Shown piece by piece: positions 1-13,339 of a stretch of 64,000 bases of DNA. Source of the stretch: Camelus ferus (taxonomy: Eukaryota); the NCBI RefSeq assembly GCF_009834535.1, contig NC_045696.1:46688001-46752000 (forward strand). Reading direction: 5' to 3'. Under the pieces are notes generated by a model. The model ran no database searches and was not told where the DNA came from. It saw only the letters and a program-made list of their open reading frames with translations. Each line of letters begins with the position of its first letter. Position 1 is the stretch's first letter. The translations under genes were made by a program, and so were the position numbers.

Positions 1-330
1 CTGTGAACTCATGGACTGACACACATTTGACACATTGCATTCTACCGAAGTTACCCTTGATATTATCCTTATGGACCAACGGGAGCCTATTCCAGTCCCC
101 GAGAATCTGACCCTGGGGTATGTGCATATTTTCCTTGTTTTCTGGTATAAGATGTTTCAGGCTCATCTTGTTCATTTTCTGCCCCAGATTTGGAATCTGA
201 CATTTCTCCAAGAAACTCTGGTTTTTTCCTTAGTGGAAAATTGTATTTAGAGCCTATAATCTTGGCACTAAAAGTGTTCTTTGCTACTGGGTTAGTCATT
301 GTTTCTAGGTCTTTTCAGTGTACAGAGTTC
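1..330 (-). mobile_element. Old L1 3' UTR fragment (L1MC4/L1MC5-like)
   Basis: 'aagatgtttcaggctcatcttg...catttctccaagaaactctggtt...tgctactgggttagtcattgtttctagg' resembles the antisense L1MC4/5 3' UTR. Confidence 0.7.
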
Positions 331-469
331 TTTTTTTTTTAATGTGTTTTGGTTTTAGATAAAAATGCATTATGAATTCACATCAATACTTCCAATTTAA
401 ACTCAGGGTTTTTGCCTAATCTCTCACATGCTCAAATCTGATCCTGATTCAAATAGTTAAAATATAATA

Positions 470-1090
470 TGACAACCTGGGAAAGGTAAACACTGAGGGC
501 AAACTGATGATAGTAAGGAATTGTTACTATTTTTTAGGTGTAATAATGTTATTGTATTTTTATTTCTAAAAGAAAGCCCTATGTCTTCCAGCGAGACATA
601 CATACTGAAGTATTTATTGATGAAATTCCATGTTATGTGGGATTTGCTTCAAGAGAATCCAAGAGCTGAGTGGGAGAAGAGGACAGTGTGTGGAAGAAAG
701 GAAACCAGTCACGAGTTGTTAACTGTTTTATCTGGGAGATGAGTACACGGAGATTTGTTATTCTAATCTCTTTATATTTGTATATGTTTAAATATTTAAT
801 AATACATTTTTTAAAAAGATGCACTAGAAGAATATTTAATTACATGGGACAATGTTCACATTATACAATTAAGTGCAAAGGTGCGTATGCTACTTTTACA
901 AAAATAAGCCTATTTGTAGAAGGAAAAAAAAATATATACGTATTAAAGTCTGCAAGAACTGACCCTAAGTGATGAATGGTCCTCTCTCTGTGACAGATTG
1001 TTTTCATTTTAGTTTTTGGGTTTTTCTGTATATTTTAATTTTTCAATATGAACATGTAGTATTTTCACAATCAGACCGAAAAATAAAGGT
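470..1090 (+). mobile_element. Old L1 3' end fragments (L1MC/L1ME-like)
   Basis: 'ttttaggtgtaataatgttattg...catactgaagtattt...gggatttgcttcaa...gtatatgtttaaatattt' is typical of L1MC/ME 3' termini. Confidence 0.65.
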
Positions 1091-1405
1091 TATTGACTAA
1101 GTGACTTTAAAACAATGAATACTATTCTACTTCCTTGCTTGTATGCTTTTAAGATAATGGCATCTCCCAGTTTCAGGCTCTTACCACATGCTGTTGGACT
1201 GTAGCCGCCTGAAAGCCTGTGCCCACTCCTCTCCTCCTGTCATCTTCCTCAAGCTGCATCTTTCCCGTCCCGGGCGGCCCTCATCTTTCTTCTACGCCTG
1301 GACGTCCAGAGCCATAAAAGTCAGGACCTTAACTCAAAGTAGGGAAGGACACAACTTTACTTCTCCCTGCTCAATGTTTCTTCTCCGTCCCTTGTCTGGC
1401 TGAAT

Positions 1406-1791
1406 TTTTAAAAGACTTTACTTTTTTTTAGAGCCATTTTAGAGCAATTCACAGCAGAATTGAGAGGAAGGTTCAGAGGTTCCTGTGTATCCCCCCATCC
1501 ACACGTGCACAGCCTCGCTACTATCAGCACCCCCCAATGGGGTGGCCGCTGCACCTATTACAACTTGTGAGCCTACACTGACACAGCGTGATCATCCAAA
1601 GTCTGTGGTTTATTTTCGGGTTCACGCTTGCTGTTGCACATTCTGTGGGCTTGGACAAAGGTACAACGACATGCATCTATCATTATGGTGTCATACAGAG
1701 TATTTTTGCTGCCTTAAAAACCCTTTGTGCTTTTCCTGTTCACCTTCCTGCCCCTCATTCCCAACCCCGGGCAACCACTGATCTTTTACAG
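1406..1791 (-). mobile_element. L1 3' end (L1MC1/2-like)
   Basis: T-rich start, then 'ttcacagcagaattgag...cctacactgacaca...ccaaagtc...gggttcac...ggcaaccactgatctttt'. Confidence 0.85.
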
Positions 1792-1854
1792 TCCCATAGT
1801 TTAGAATTACTTCTAATCCTTACAGCTCTACAATTTAGCAATTTCTATCCATGC

Positions 1855-1982
1855 TGAATGAGCCCAGCTCAGAGAGAGCTTCAAAACTTGTCCAGCCACA
1901 CTTCACAAGTGGCAGAGATGGTTCAAATTCATGTCTGTCTGGGTCCAAAGTTCACGGTTTTCCCACTATTCCCTGCTGCCTT
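1855..1982 (-). mobile_element. MIR SINE fragment
   Basis: Antisense MIR core 'gctcagagagag...aacttgtcca...aagtggcagag...ttcaaa...tctgtctg'. Confidence 0.65.
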
Positions 1983-4705
1983 CTTTAAAAAAGAAAAGAA
2001 AAGAAGGAAAGGAGCTTCTCAAATTACCCTAAAGCAGAGATCTGCAAACCCTTGCAGAGAACTTTAAAAGGGCTCATACTGTATTTGCTTAATTATCCTG
2101 TGTCCTGTGTGCATTTCACCTTACCCCTATGACCTTGCTCTTTTGTCATTGGCTTCATTCTTTAAAAAAGTGGAATTCAAAATGCACAATAATAAAATCT
2201 CTGCGCAGAAGGGAGAAGGGCCCCAGGGGCAGAGGGAGCACCTACAGGGGGGAGAGGATCGGAAAGAAAGGAATCACACCCCAGCCAGAAAGGGAGCCCC
2301 GGAGCCCTGGGGCGGTGCCCGCATCAGCGGTTCTAAGAGTAAGCAAAGGAGCTGAAGTACATCCTTTTCGAGGCAACGTCTGCACGTGGACTTTAACATC
2401 CTGAGCAATGTCATCTTCGGCATCGTGTTACTGAATGAAAACATGTTCTTCCACGTTAAAAAAAAAAAAAAAAAAGTCCCTAAAACGCAAAGCATGTCTT
2501 TTAGAAATTAAAACCAAAACTAAACAGTATTTCTCACGGAGGGCCCTCTGCCAACAAATTGAGTTTATCGTTGGTGTTTCCCAGTTCACCCTTTGGGATT
2601 GTCTGCCCTCTGCCCACGTCTGAGGGCTGCATGCTGCCATGGCCCCAGCACTGGAGTTACACTCACAGCCAGTCTTTCTTCAGCCTGTGCCCTTGGATGG
2701 ATGGAGCCTGGTCAGGAGCCGGATTTTCCTTCTTATCACATCACGTGTCTCCCTCCTTTACTGACTGCTTTGGTGCTCTTAGGAGCCTACTGCCAAACCG
2801 TATCAACTGAGAATCTGACAAACCATGCCGATGTTGCCAGTGAGTTACCTTTCCTAGGAAGATATCTGCATTTTTACAGGTGTCTTGGGGAGAAAGTGTC
2901 TTCACCTGGAGGAAGGAGTTTCATCATGGAGATTTCAGACTTTGGGAGAAGCTAAAGCAGGTGATGTTTGGGGGTAGGTACAGCCTCATGCACCCATCAG
3001 ATCACACTGTATATGAAGCACAGATAAACATGAACTCTTTAAATGGTTTTGGGCACTGCTGTCTGAGGACATTTTTATTATGTTGACAGAGGACTTCCAG
3101 TCGGAAAAATCCCACCACCACGGGCCAGCTTGGAGGCAAAGGCAGTCCAGAGTTTCATAACTCCACTTGCTCAAGTTCCACTCATATTCCAGACACCAAT
3201 CTGTCAACTCTGGAGAACAGAACCATATCCAGCATTCTAGGCCTAAAACGTAGAAACACAAAGCTGCTTATCTACTCTTTCCCCTCCTCTCTAAGTCTCC
3301 TCCCTTCCCTGATGGACACAGCTGAACTCCTCCCTGGGAGCAGTCATGGAATTCCCTTCCTTTTCCCGTTTTCCTTTGTTCATTCACATGGAATTTTACT
3401 ATTACTGTTCCTCCTGGGAATGCAAAATCTTTTTGGTCCTTTCATTATCTCTTGGGACATCCTCCCTTCTCTATTTTGCTCGAGACCAATGACTCACTTC
3501 TTGAAAACATTACTATATATTTCTCTTCTACAAAGAGCCACTAGCCTTCCAGGAAGCTGAATTCTTAAGCAATTCAGAGAAGAGGGACCTGGGGTCTCCT
3601 TCAGATATTTGGGAGGCCAGGACCTCGCTGACAGGAAGCATCAGAGGGATATGGTTTTTATAGCTTGTGCATTTAGTGAATGGTTAATAATTCATGTCAT
3701 TGTTCTGGTTCAATAACTCTCAGTTTTCCTCTTTATTGTTTTCATCAAGTTCCAGGGGAAATAGCGCCTTCAGTTATTACAGAGGAAAGTTATTGAACTG
3801 GACTGACCACCTTTCCCCTACAGCTGCCCCTACCAATTGTGATTTGCAATAAAATTCTGGTGCCCAGAGCGTGCAGAGAGCAGAGGCTGCAGCACCTCCT
3901 CCCCTGGAGTGGTGCCTGAATGAGGCTTATATCCAGTCAGATGCCCCGAGCATCCACTGCTTACTCTGCCTGTTAAAGGTAGGGCTGGACAGGCCCTGTT
4001 ACTCACACTGAACCACGTTCACATTTCCATGTCAGCAAGAAATAGACAGGTCCATTCAGGTGATGGTGTTCTGACTGGGGACTAGTTAGTTTCCTGTGAG
4101 TCTTGGAGGAATGGGGCACCCGGGGCCCTGGCCTGGAGGGTCGACCACCGCAACTTGCTAGCAGGAGTGAGGGGAGAGGTACCACTGCAGACTAGCTGAA
4201 ATGACACAGCTGAATGATGTTTCTCTCGGCTTGTACATGTGAAGGCTAGAGTCCAGCGCCAATTGTTGGGAAAACAGATAGAGGGAAGTTGTTTCCTCTC
4301 CTAAAATACTCAGCATTCCTCTTCTAATCTTTTTTCTCTTTATCCCATACTAAGTTCTCCAAACTTTCTCTTTTTCCTTTACTTTATCCATATTCTAACT
4401 CCAAGGAATCTGAAATCTATTCACCGTATAGTGAAAGTGGCTGATAATAAACAAATCGTTTTAATTGAGGGCTGTGATCCTGAGGCTGGCGGAAAAACGC
4501 CAGTTCTGAGGCTGCACAGCTTCTGACGCCACGTCACTTCCCCAGGAGCCTGCACTGTGGACGAGAGCCCACGGGGGTGGCAGTGCTGTTTCTCACACTT
4601 GGAGATAACTGGCTGAAGGCGAAAGGTAGGAAGTACAGAGGGTCCCGCTGTGGGGCAAGTAAGCATTGGAAGGAATTGGTCTGCTGCCTCCCCCACCTCG
4701 CCCCG

Positions 4706-5186
4706 TGTTGTAGGTTAAATTACGTTCCTTCAAAAGATAAGTCAAAGTCCCAGTGCCCTGAACCTGTGAATGTGACTTTACTGGGGAGCTGGGTCTTTGC
4801 AGAGGTAATCAAGTTAAGGTGAGGTCGTAGTGGAGTAGGGTGAGCCCTGGCCCAATGAGACTTGCCCTTATAAAAAGAGGAGATATGCAGAGACAAGCAC
4901 AGAAGGAAGATAGTGGAGGTGCACTGGGAGGTCCCATGTGACTGAGGAGGCAGAGAATGGCGTGCCACATCTATAATCCAAAGAACGCCAAGGATGTCTG
5001 ACAAATGCCAGAACCTGGCAGCGGCGAGGAAGGATCCTCCTATACCGGCTGCAGAGGGAGCAGGACCCTGACAACATTTTGATTTGGGACTTCCAGTCCC
5101 CAGAACTGTAAGACAATAAACGTCTGTTGTTTTAAGCCACCCCGTTTGTGGGCCTTTAATATGGCAGCCCTAGCCAAGAAACTTAC
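4706..5186 (+). mobile_element. MaLR solo LTR (MLT1C-like)
   Basis: TG start; 'cctgtgaatgtgacttt...gtctttgcagaggtaatcaagttaagg', 'cttataaaaagagg', 'ttccagtccccagaactgtaagacaataaa...atggcagccctag'. Confidence 0.9.
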
Positions 5187-5854
5187 TGTCTCCAGACAAA
5201 CCCCACCCGCGGTCAAAGGGCACAGCCAGCCTCCTCTTCACTCCTGCCTGACGCCAGCCTTGCTGGTGATGCAGCACTGAGCTCGTCTTCATTGCTGCTG
5301 TATTCCCTGGTTTGGCCTCTCACAGAGCATGGAGTCCATGACCTTGGCTTGCCTCCTGATCTTTCAGAGAAAAATACACAGAATGGGAACCTACGTGGGC
5401 ACCTTCAGGATTAAATCAAAGGTCCATCAGCTGTGAAGGGAATCAGAAGAGAAACCAAGTAAAGCTCCGACTTCAGTCCTGAGTTGTTTCTCTGGAGCTA
5501 GAGAAAACGGGCTGTCTGACCAGAGGTGGGGTCCGGCCAGGTGGAATCCCCGTGGTCTGAGTCTTTGCTGCGTTGGAGTCTGCATTTCCTCTGAGGGTGT
5601 CTGCAGTTTGTCACAGAGGCCCCTGCCTTTCTGCGCAGGCAGCGGGGAAATGAAAAGGGAGTAGAACAGAGACTACAGCAGGGCTCCCTTCAACCTTCCC
5701 CAGGTCCAAGCAAACTGTAAACATTAAAGGGGGTTCTCGGAGACGAGACGATCACGCGGTGATTATTCCAGAACGCCTGTGGTCTGTCTCATCTCACTTT
5801 ACTCTCCGACACCCTTACTCTTGGTGTCTGTAGCTGTGTAGTGTCCTGGAAAAA

Positions 5855-6070
5855 ATAACAGTCATGAAAACTGTCATTTATCAAGGGCCGTACACTGTAC
5901 GTCTATTATTTCATATCCCCCCGCCCCCGAAACTCTGCCAGAAACACACAATCCCTGTTTTACAGGTTAGGCTCAGAGAGACGACAGAGTTTGTTCAAGT
6001 TCAAAGAGCTGAGGGTGGCTGGACCAGCAACCCAGGCCAGACAGGACTGTCTTCCCGCTAGACGGCACCA
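5855..6070 (-). mobile_element. MIR SINE (degenerate)
   Basis: 'atccctgttttacagg...ggctcagagag...ttgttcaag'. Confidence 0.5.
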
Positions 6071-6749
6071 CCTGTCTGCAAAGACAGACACCCCTTCGGC
6101 CAGCCTGGGGCCAAGGGGTCCTTGGGCTGTTGCTTAGTCCTTGAGTTAGGAGCGTTACCAGGTAGCTTGGCCCCTTCTTTATAGCGCTCATAACCATCCT
6201 TGGCAGTTCCTGCTTTCTTTTTTCTTTTTCTTTTTTTAAAGAAATGTGTACACTGATGACAATAAAGTAAACAAAACTCTCCCAGGTCAAGCAGAAAGAA
6301 CAAAAAAGTTCCCTGACCTCTTTATGGTTCTGTGATAGTTGCACTTCGTTAAAACCCAATTTGCATTTTATTTGGAAAGCCCTTGTCACCCCTGCGTTAC
6401 CCTGTGCTACACCTCTCCACACAGATTGCCCAAAGCCTTTCCACTGATCAATACAATGTCTTGAATTTAGAAAAGCAGAAAAGTGGAAACGATCCAACCC
6501 CACAAGGTATCTAGGTGCTCTTCACTTCTTTAAATGCTTGACAGCCTCCAGTTAAAGAGAAAATTTGTCTTGCTCCTAAATTTCTGAAAAATATTTGATC
6601 AACATTTCAGGCTTTTGCATATTGGTATTCCTAACTTGTGAGCCTATTTAGCAATTAAGCATAATTGTAAATTTTGCTTTCCGTTGTGATAGAGAAGGAC
6701 AGAGCAAGGGGATTAGATAAACAAGGTTATTCAATTTTATAAGTGGGTG

Positions 6750-7160
6750 CTTAAGGCTTCCCACATGAAGGTTACTTGCAGAGATGGTGCTGATGGGCGG
6801 GTCTCTGTCTCCCTAAAGGCTGTAACTCATGAAAATGACCCTCTATTGTTGTGTAAGATTTAGGCTAGTCATGAAATAGAACGGTGGTTAGGAAACTTTT
6901 CCCGTGAAGGGCCAGAGAAATATTTCTTTAGGCTATGCAGTTACTCAGCTCCACCATTTGAAAGTGAAGGTGGGCGTGAGCAATGCACAAATGAATGAGT
7001 GGCTGTGTTCCAATAAAATTTTATTTACAGAAACAGTCAATGGCTTGGGTTTGGCCTGACCACTAATACAGAGCAACCAGAGGAAAAAGTTACCTAGACA
7101 CTGGAATGGTTGGCTGAGGTGCTTCATTGCAGGAGGCTTTTAAAAAACAGCATAGGCAGT
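6750..7160 (+). mobile_element. CR1/L3 LINE 3' fragment, split by MER58A
   Basis: 'atgaaggttacttgcagagatggtg...tctctgtctcc...gatttaggctag' and, after the MER58, 'acactggaatggttgg...ttttaaaaaacagcataggcag' match the recalled L3 3' region. Confidence 0.55.
6880..7065. mobile_element. MER58A hAT-Charlie MITE
   Basis: 'aaactttt...aagggccagag' and 'gagtggctgtgttccaataaaattttatttacagaaacag...tttggcc'. Confidence 0.85.
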
Positions 7161-7559
7161 CGCTTGTTTGGGTTAATTCCTCCACTTGGTACCACTGTCG
7201 AACTCTGCTTTTGAGAGCACTGCACACCACACACACTATGCCATTCCCACAGGATACACCGATGCTTCGACATGCAGACTCTTAAACTCGGTGTTGTCAC
7301 GGGGCTGCCAAATACTGTAGCCTCTTCCTAGGAACACTATTCAAGCACCATTCAAACACGTAGAGAAACGTTTTGTCCTACGTCCTCTAAACAAGAGGTG
7401 CAGGGGTGAATGGGGGCAGGAGGGTGTGTGTAAGGAACACAGCAGCCACAGAGTGTGGGAGGATCTGAGTGTTGCAAGCACTTGGGTAGGAGAAAAGACA
7501 AATGAATTAACTCACTGAACCTTTTCTCCCAGATATATCTTGAGCTTCCAAAAAAGAAA

Positions 7560-7995
7560 TGCTTGAAAACACACAACAAAAGGGATAATGGATATGGGGG
7601 CTAACAATAAAAACAATCTGAGCAGCAAAATGAATAATAACTTGGGATATAATCCAAAGTTTAAAATAAATGCTAATGAGCTTATACTGATATAAATAAA
7701 AGATTGAATGAGTAAATAAATGGGGCAAACAGACAAATCTCCCATGCAGAAGTATTCCAGATCATTTATTCAGATATTCCACCTCACGGCTATGCATAGT
7801 GTGGGCTATGTATAGTGACCTCCGTCCTTCCAACAAGTATTTTATGGGGAGACAGGATAAAAAGAGTAACTGTACAATGGAGAAGCTGACAATCCTCACC
7901 TTGGTCCTGTGATCAAGGTTAACGTCCACAGGGATCAGTCATACTGATAGCAAGTGCCCTTGATGTGATGTGATGAGAATGACTCGCCCCCCTGG
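7560..7995 (+). mobile_element. Old L1 3' UTR (L1MC3/L1MD-like)
   Basis: 'acaatctgagcagcaaaatgaataataac...ataaatggggcaaacagacaaatctcccatgcagaag...gtgatcaaggttaac'. Confidence 0.75.
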
Positions 7996-8009
7996 GGTCT
8001 TTCCCCATA

Positions 8010-8745
8010 TTAATCATCAGGAACTGCAAATTAACACCACAGAGGGATACCACTCTACATCCACGAGAAAGGCTAACATTATAAAGACTGACGAAACCAA
8101 GTGTTGGCAAGGATGTGGAGGAACTGGAATTTTTATACACTTCCAATGGGAGTGAAAAAATAGTACAACTACTTTGGAAAACAGTTTAGCAGTTTTATAA
8201 ATTTGTTTGTACACTGTCACACGACCCAGTCATTCCACTCCTAAGTATCTACCCAAGAGAAATTAGAACATACATCCACATAAAGACTTGTACATGGATA
8301 CTTATCGCAGCTTTACTGGTAGTAACCCTACACTGGAAACAACCCAAACATCCATCCACAAGTGAGTGGGCGAGCACATTGTGGTATATCCACATAATGG
8401 ACTGTCACCTACCAGAGGAAAGGAACCACAGCAACACCATGGATGAATCTCAGAGACATCACGCTTTGCCAGACACAAGAAGGTACGTGCTGTATTATAG
8501 CACTTACATGAAGTTCTAGTAAATGTCAGAAGACACAGAAAGCAAATCAGCAGCTGCCTAGCACAGGGAGCTGGAATTGACGTTGAAGAGGCAAGAGGGG
8601 CTTTTTGGACAGATGAGATGTTCTCTGCCTTGATTGTGGGGATTACACATGTGTCTGCGCTTGTTAATACTCTTCAGACTGTACGTTTACAATGGAGCCT
8701 TTTATCTTATGTAAAGATACTCTCAACTTTTTCTTTTTTAAATTG
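8010..8745 (+). mobile_element. Old L1 ORF2 C-terminus + 3' UTR (L1MD/ME-like), decayed
   Basis: Translation ELQINTTEGYHSTSTRKANIIKTDETKCWQGCGGTGIFIHFQWE aligns to the L1 ORF2 C-terminal Cys-rich motif (EMQIKTTMRYHLTPVRMAIIKK...RCWRGCGEIGTLLHCWWE). Confidence 0.9.
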
Positions 8746-9639
8746 AGAAAGTCCTAGCAGGGATTCTGAGGATGGCTCTTTGAGATCCTTCAAAGATGAC
8801 AAATTGTGTTTCCCGGCTCCATGGCCCTCCCGCCACTCCGTCCCCACAGGGAGCACGGGAGCTGTCTGACACGTGACCCTTAAAGATGGAAGGCTCCTGC
8901 TCAGCAAATCTGATGATTTCCGAAAGCAGAAAGGTCAACAGAATAATCAATGCTTGCAGAACTCAAAGAGACCTTGGAGTGTGCCTGCAAGAGAGAGGGG
9001 GAAGGGCACACACTTTCTCAGTCTGCTGTGACTCTCTGGGACTACAGGAGATCCCAAGGTCTAATGAGACATTAGCAAACAGATAGGAGGTGGAGAGGCT
9101 CCTGCATGGGGGCCAACAGGGGCCCTCTATGGGGTGGGAGTGCTCTGTGAAGGAGTTAGTGTGGAACAAAATATGGTCTCAGGAATTCACGCACCTGGCT
9201 TACACAGAGACTCCACAGCAAATGCCGTGGAAATAGAGGCCCCAGATCAGGACCAGGTAGGTCTCCCTCCCACTACTGACACTCTCAGGCAGGTGAGCAC
9301 AAAAAGGGGAGTTCTCTCTTCTCTGCTGTGCTTGGAGTTGGTGAGGGTGGAGTCGACAGTGTTAGTTCAGAGAGAGAAAGCTTGAAACTATGAATAGTGA
9401 CAGCTCACAATACTGAATTCTGACAAAATAGTCAACACAGAGAGCCCAAGACTAATAACTAATAGCCCAAGAGCCAAGACTAATATACTGAGGTGGTAAA
9501 AATCAGGGAACTTGACTAAGATTTAAGCAAGAATAAGCCAAAGAATATGTATGCTCTGGATAGATTAGAAAATCAAAGTTTTGAGAATATAGCAAGCTTC
9601 ATTTAGAAAAGTATTTGCATTGTACACCTCAGTATAATT

Positions 9640-10925
9640 GTTACATTTATGTATGAATAGTATTTTTATAATATATGGTTTTGTAACTTGCTGTTTTCAC
9701 TGAGCTACATGTTAGAACATTTGTCTGTGTCAATACATAGTTTTCTATGACATAATTTTTAAAGTCTATGCAGCTTTCCATCACTTAAATGTACATATTT
9801 TACTTAATTAATAACATTATTGGACACTAAGGCTCTTTCAATTTTTTAGTGTTATAAATAAATGTGATAAAGAATCTTAGACATGTATCTTTTCACACAT
9901 CTCTCATTATTCCCGTAAGATAAATTCACAGTTAAGAGATGGCTGAGACATAGAATATTTGTTTTTTTTTTCTTTTTTAATTGAAGTGTAGTCAGTTTAT
10001 AATGTTGTGTTAATTTCTAGTGTACAGCATAGTGATTCAGATATATATGTATTACTTTTCATATTCTTTTCCATTATAGACAATTGCAAGGTATTGAAAA
10101 TAGTTTCCTGTGCTGTACAGTAGGACCTTGCTGTTTATTTTACATATAGTAGTTAGTATCTGCAAATCCTGAACTCCCAATTTTTCTCTGCACGTCCCTT
10201 CATTCCCCCTCTGGTAACCACAAGTTTGTTTTCTATGTCTGTGAGTTTGTTTTTGTTTTTGTTTTGTACACAAATTCATTTGTCTCTTTTTTTTTTAGAT
10301 TCTACATTTAATTGGTATCATATGATATTTTCCTTTCTCTTTCTGGCTTACTTCACTTAGAATGACATTCTCCAGGTCCATCCATGTTGCTGCAAATGGC
10401 ATTATTTTACTCTTTTTTATGATTGAATAATATTCCATTGTACATATATACACCACAACTTCTTTATCCAGTCATCTGTTGATGGACGTTTAAGTTTCTT
10501 TCGTGTCTTGGCTATTGTAAATAGTGCTGCTATGAACATTGGGGTGCATGTATCTTTTTGACTTAGAGTTTCCTCCAGATATATGCCCAGGAGTAGGATT
10601 TCTGGATCATATGGTAATCTATTTTTAGCTTTTTAAGGAATCTCCATACTGTTTTCCACAATGGCTGCACCAAACTACATTCCTACCAACAGTGTTGGAG
10701 GGTTCCTTTTTCTCCATACCCTCTCCAGCATTTAGTGTTTGTGAACTTTTTAATGATGGACATTCTAATTGGTGTGAAGTGATACCTCATTGTAGTTTTG
10801 ACTTGCATTTCTCTGATAATTAGTGATAGTGAGCATTTTTTGGCCATTTGTAGAGACATAGAGTGAATTTTAAGGTTTTTAAGACTCTTTAGAAGGTTTG
10901 CACCAAATTACACTTCCACTAGAAA
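9640..10925 (-). mobile_element. Very old L1 (L1ME-like) fragment hosting a younger L1
   Basis: Degenerate antisense L1 at 9640-9955 resumes after 10871 ('ggtttgcaccaaattacacttccact'). Confidence 0.6.
9961..10852 (-). mobile_element. Young 5'-truncated L1 (camelid/cetartiodactyl type), ~0.9 kb
   Basis: Poly-T, then 'ttgaagtgtagtcagtttataatgttgtg', then antisense ORF2 end; TSD core GAGACATAGA at 9945-9954 and 10853-10862. Confidence 0.92.
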
Positions 10926-11169
10926 TCAACAATTTTTAAAGGGCAGTTTTCTATTTAGCTATACCTCTATTCTGGCTTAAAAATTATTTAAACCAGCTAA
11001 AGGGATGGCCATAAACCCATCTCCCTTTCAGTGTTATGTCACAGGGTGAATTTAGTGCTACTTAAATTAGCAATACTAGCAGTGTTGGAGTTATCCTTGG
11101 TTTAACCACAAAAATGTCTGTGCTCATGTTCTGATGAAAGTACTGATGGAGTTAACTTTTACTGAGAGA

Positions 11170-11290
11170 TTATTATATGACAGGCAGTATTTACACTGCT
11201 TTACAGGTATTAATGCTCCTATGAGGTAAGTACTACGATTGTCTCTATTGTAGAGAGGAAATCACGGTCATAAAACGGATAAGAGTCTGG
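11170..11290 (-). mobile_element. MIR fragment
   Basis: 'cctatgaggtaagtactacgattgtctctattgtagagaggaaa'. Confidence 0.5.
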
Positions 11291-13339
11291 ATCAAAGTAA
11301 TTTCTCTGTATAATTATGTATCATCATAACCTGGATTGTTTCATATTTCTGCACATTGTATTTTTTTTCACTTGCATCAGATCAGGGCTGTTTCTCTCTT
11401 ACAGATTAAACACTAACTCATAGAGAAACTTCTGCTCTGAATAGGAAATACTGATCTTTGTGTGTCTTGGGGCCTCTGTGGCAAAATCCTACAGACTCTG
11501 TCCCTCCCTTCATCTTGCAAAAGGAAATATATCACAACTCTAATTCCCAAGCACAGTGTTGTGACATACCTTCCAGTCAGTTGTGGAGTTTGCCACAGGC
11601 AATTTGTTATAAGTAATAAAGTTCTGAAGTTTGCAAATGGGGTACTTTTCACGTAAATTGGAATGGATGTAAGGTTATCCTTGCGCTAAGGTCACTCTTA
11701 CTCCCATACACAGAGGGGACAGAGCAGGTGAGGAAGAGGAAGGCGAACAACCTGTGGCCCATCTCTGCACCCTGGGAGGGGTGGCAGGTGCCGATGTGGG
11801 ATTCTGCAGGAAAAGCATTGGGAACCACAGCTCCAAACTGAAGGAATGGGGGGGGGGGTAGTTAAAATGACTGAAGAGAGGGAAAAGGTGTTTTTGCCTG
11901 AACACAACCGAAAAGAATTTTTAAGACATTTTCATTTGTAATCTTCTTTCCTTAATTAGCATCAAGAAGTAAAATTCAATTCCCTACCAAAAAAAGAAAA
12001 AAAAAGACAAGCTATGTGTGCACAGTGGGGAGAGGCGGTTAAAGCATGTTTGCGCTTAAGCGTGTCAAAGGCTACAAGACAGCCATGAAAACAATAGGGT
12101 CTCCTGAAAACTGTGTTGTTACAGAAATGTTTTCTCATCAACGAACACCTTGCCAAGGTCACTAAGCAGCATGAAAAGCAGGACAAAAGTGCTTTCTATT
12201 TGTTTATTCAGAGAGTTGTTCTTAATTATTCATTTGCTTATAACTTCCAGAAGGAGATGGCCATCCCTCACCCACTGACTGGCTGAGAAGGGTCTGCTCT
12301 CTGTGCTGAGTGGGCCTTTCCCTTCCTTAGTCTGTGCAGCTGAGGCTATCAGTGCTTTTGCTTGGTGGTGAGCAGTTAGGGTCACTGACTGCTAACGAGG
12401 ACAAGGCCATGAACTATTAACCTAATTAAGGGAGGCTGTTAACTCCTTGTGTTTCATAGTCACAAACTGGATGCCCAACCCCCAGCAGACATCCTTCTGC
12501 TTAATGCCTACGTTCAGGGCCGGCACGAGCCCAGCCTCTACTGGAGAAACAACTTGAAGTAGTGTCATTTCAGTGTACGTCTCGGTGTCTGAATTGCAAA
12601 TCACTGTAATTATTCTCTGGTATCAAAGAACAAATATTTTCCTATTTGAGGACAGCCTGATCTGTAGTATTCTCATCTCTCATCTCATCTTCCTCTTGTT
12701 CATATGGCCTCTCTGCTTTGACAGGTGTCTTGCCTCAGATGACATTTGTTGGAGATTAATATCAAAGGTGCATCCTCCCGGTATGCAACAATCCTCTGGT
12801 TTTGAGACTTTTTTCTTTTGCACAAGATGGATTTTCTTTAACGTTTTTGCTTTTTTCTCTTAGTAGAAGTCACACATATGCATTGTAGAAATGACAAAAA
12901 TGCAGAAAAGTATAAATTAAAAAAATTCAACCTCCTTTAGTCAATGTAGGAAGAATTTTTTTAAAGGAACTAAGGCTGAATGATAAAGTAGCTTTCAGCA
13001 TCTAAGTGATTTGACTAAATTATGGCCAGTCCTCTGATTAAACTCTATGCTATAGGAATGATTCTCTCCTATCTCCTCATGCCATTGTTTTTATCTAGTT
13101 GTTTATTTAAAACATCATTATGGCTGTTTTCTCTTGCATAAATGTCCATCTCGGCTGAGAAATGCGATCAGCTGCTTTTCTATAAATAACTATAAATCAT
13201 GGTTTAGAATATCTCTTTCTTCAGAAAATTATGGCCATTAAATATTACTGTCCTTGTAACAGAAGAGACTGTGATAATTCTGGAAATTAAATAGTTCAAA
13301 AGAAACTTGTGTAAAGAAGGACAATAATATTTACCACTT

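Noticed and set aside
5973..6503. Longest ORF in the window (176 aa, minus strand)
   Set aside because: Non-ATG start, runs through an A-tract into a MIR, no protein similarity recognised
9441..9490. Short GCCCAAG/ACTAATA reiteration (similarly a 14-bp duplication at ~44938-44966)
   Set aside because: Ordinary slippage-type microduplication with no functional cue
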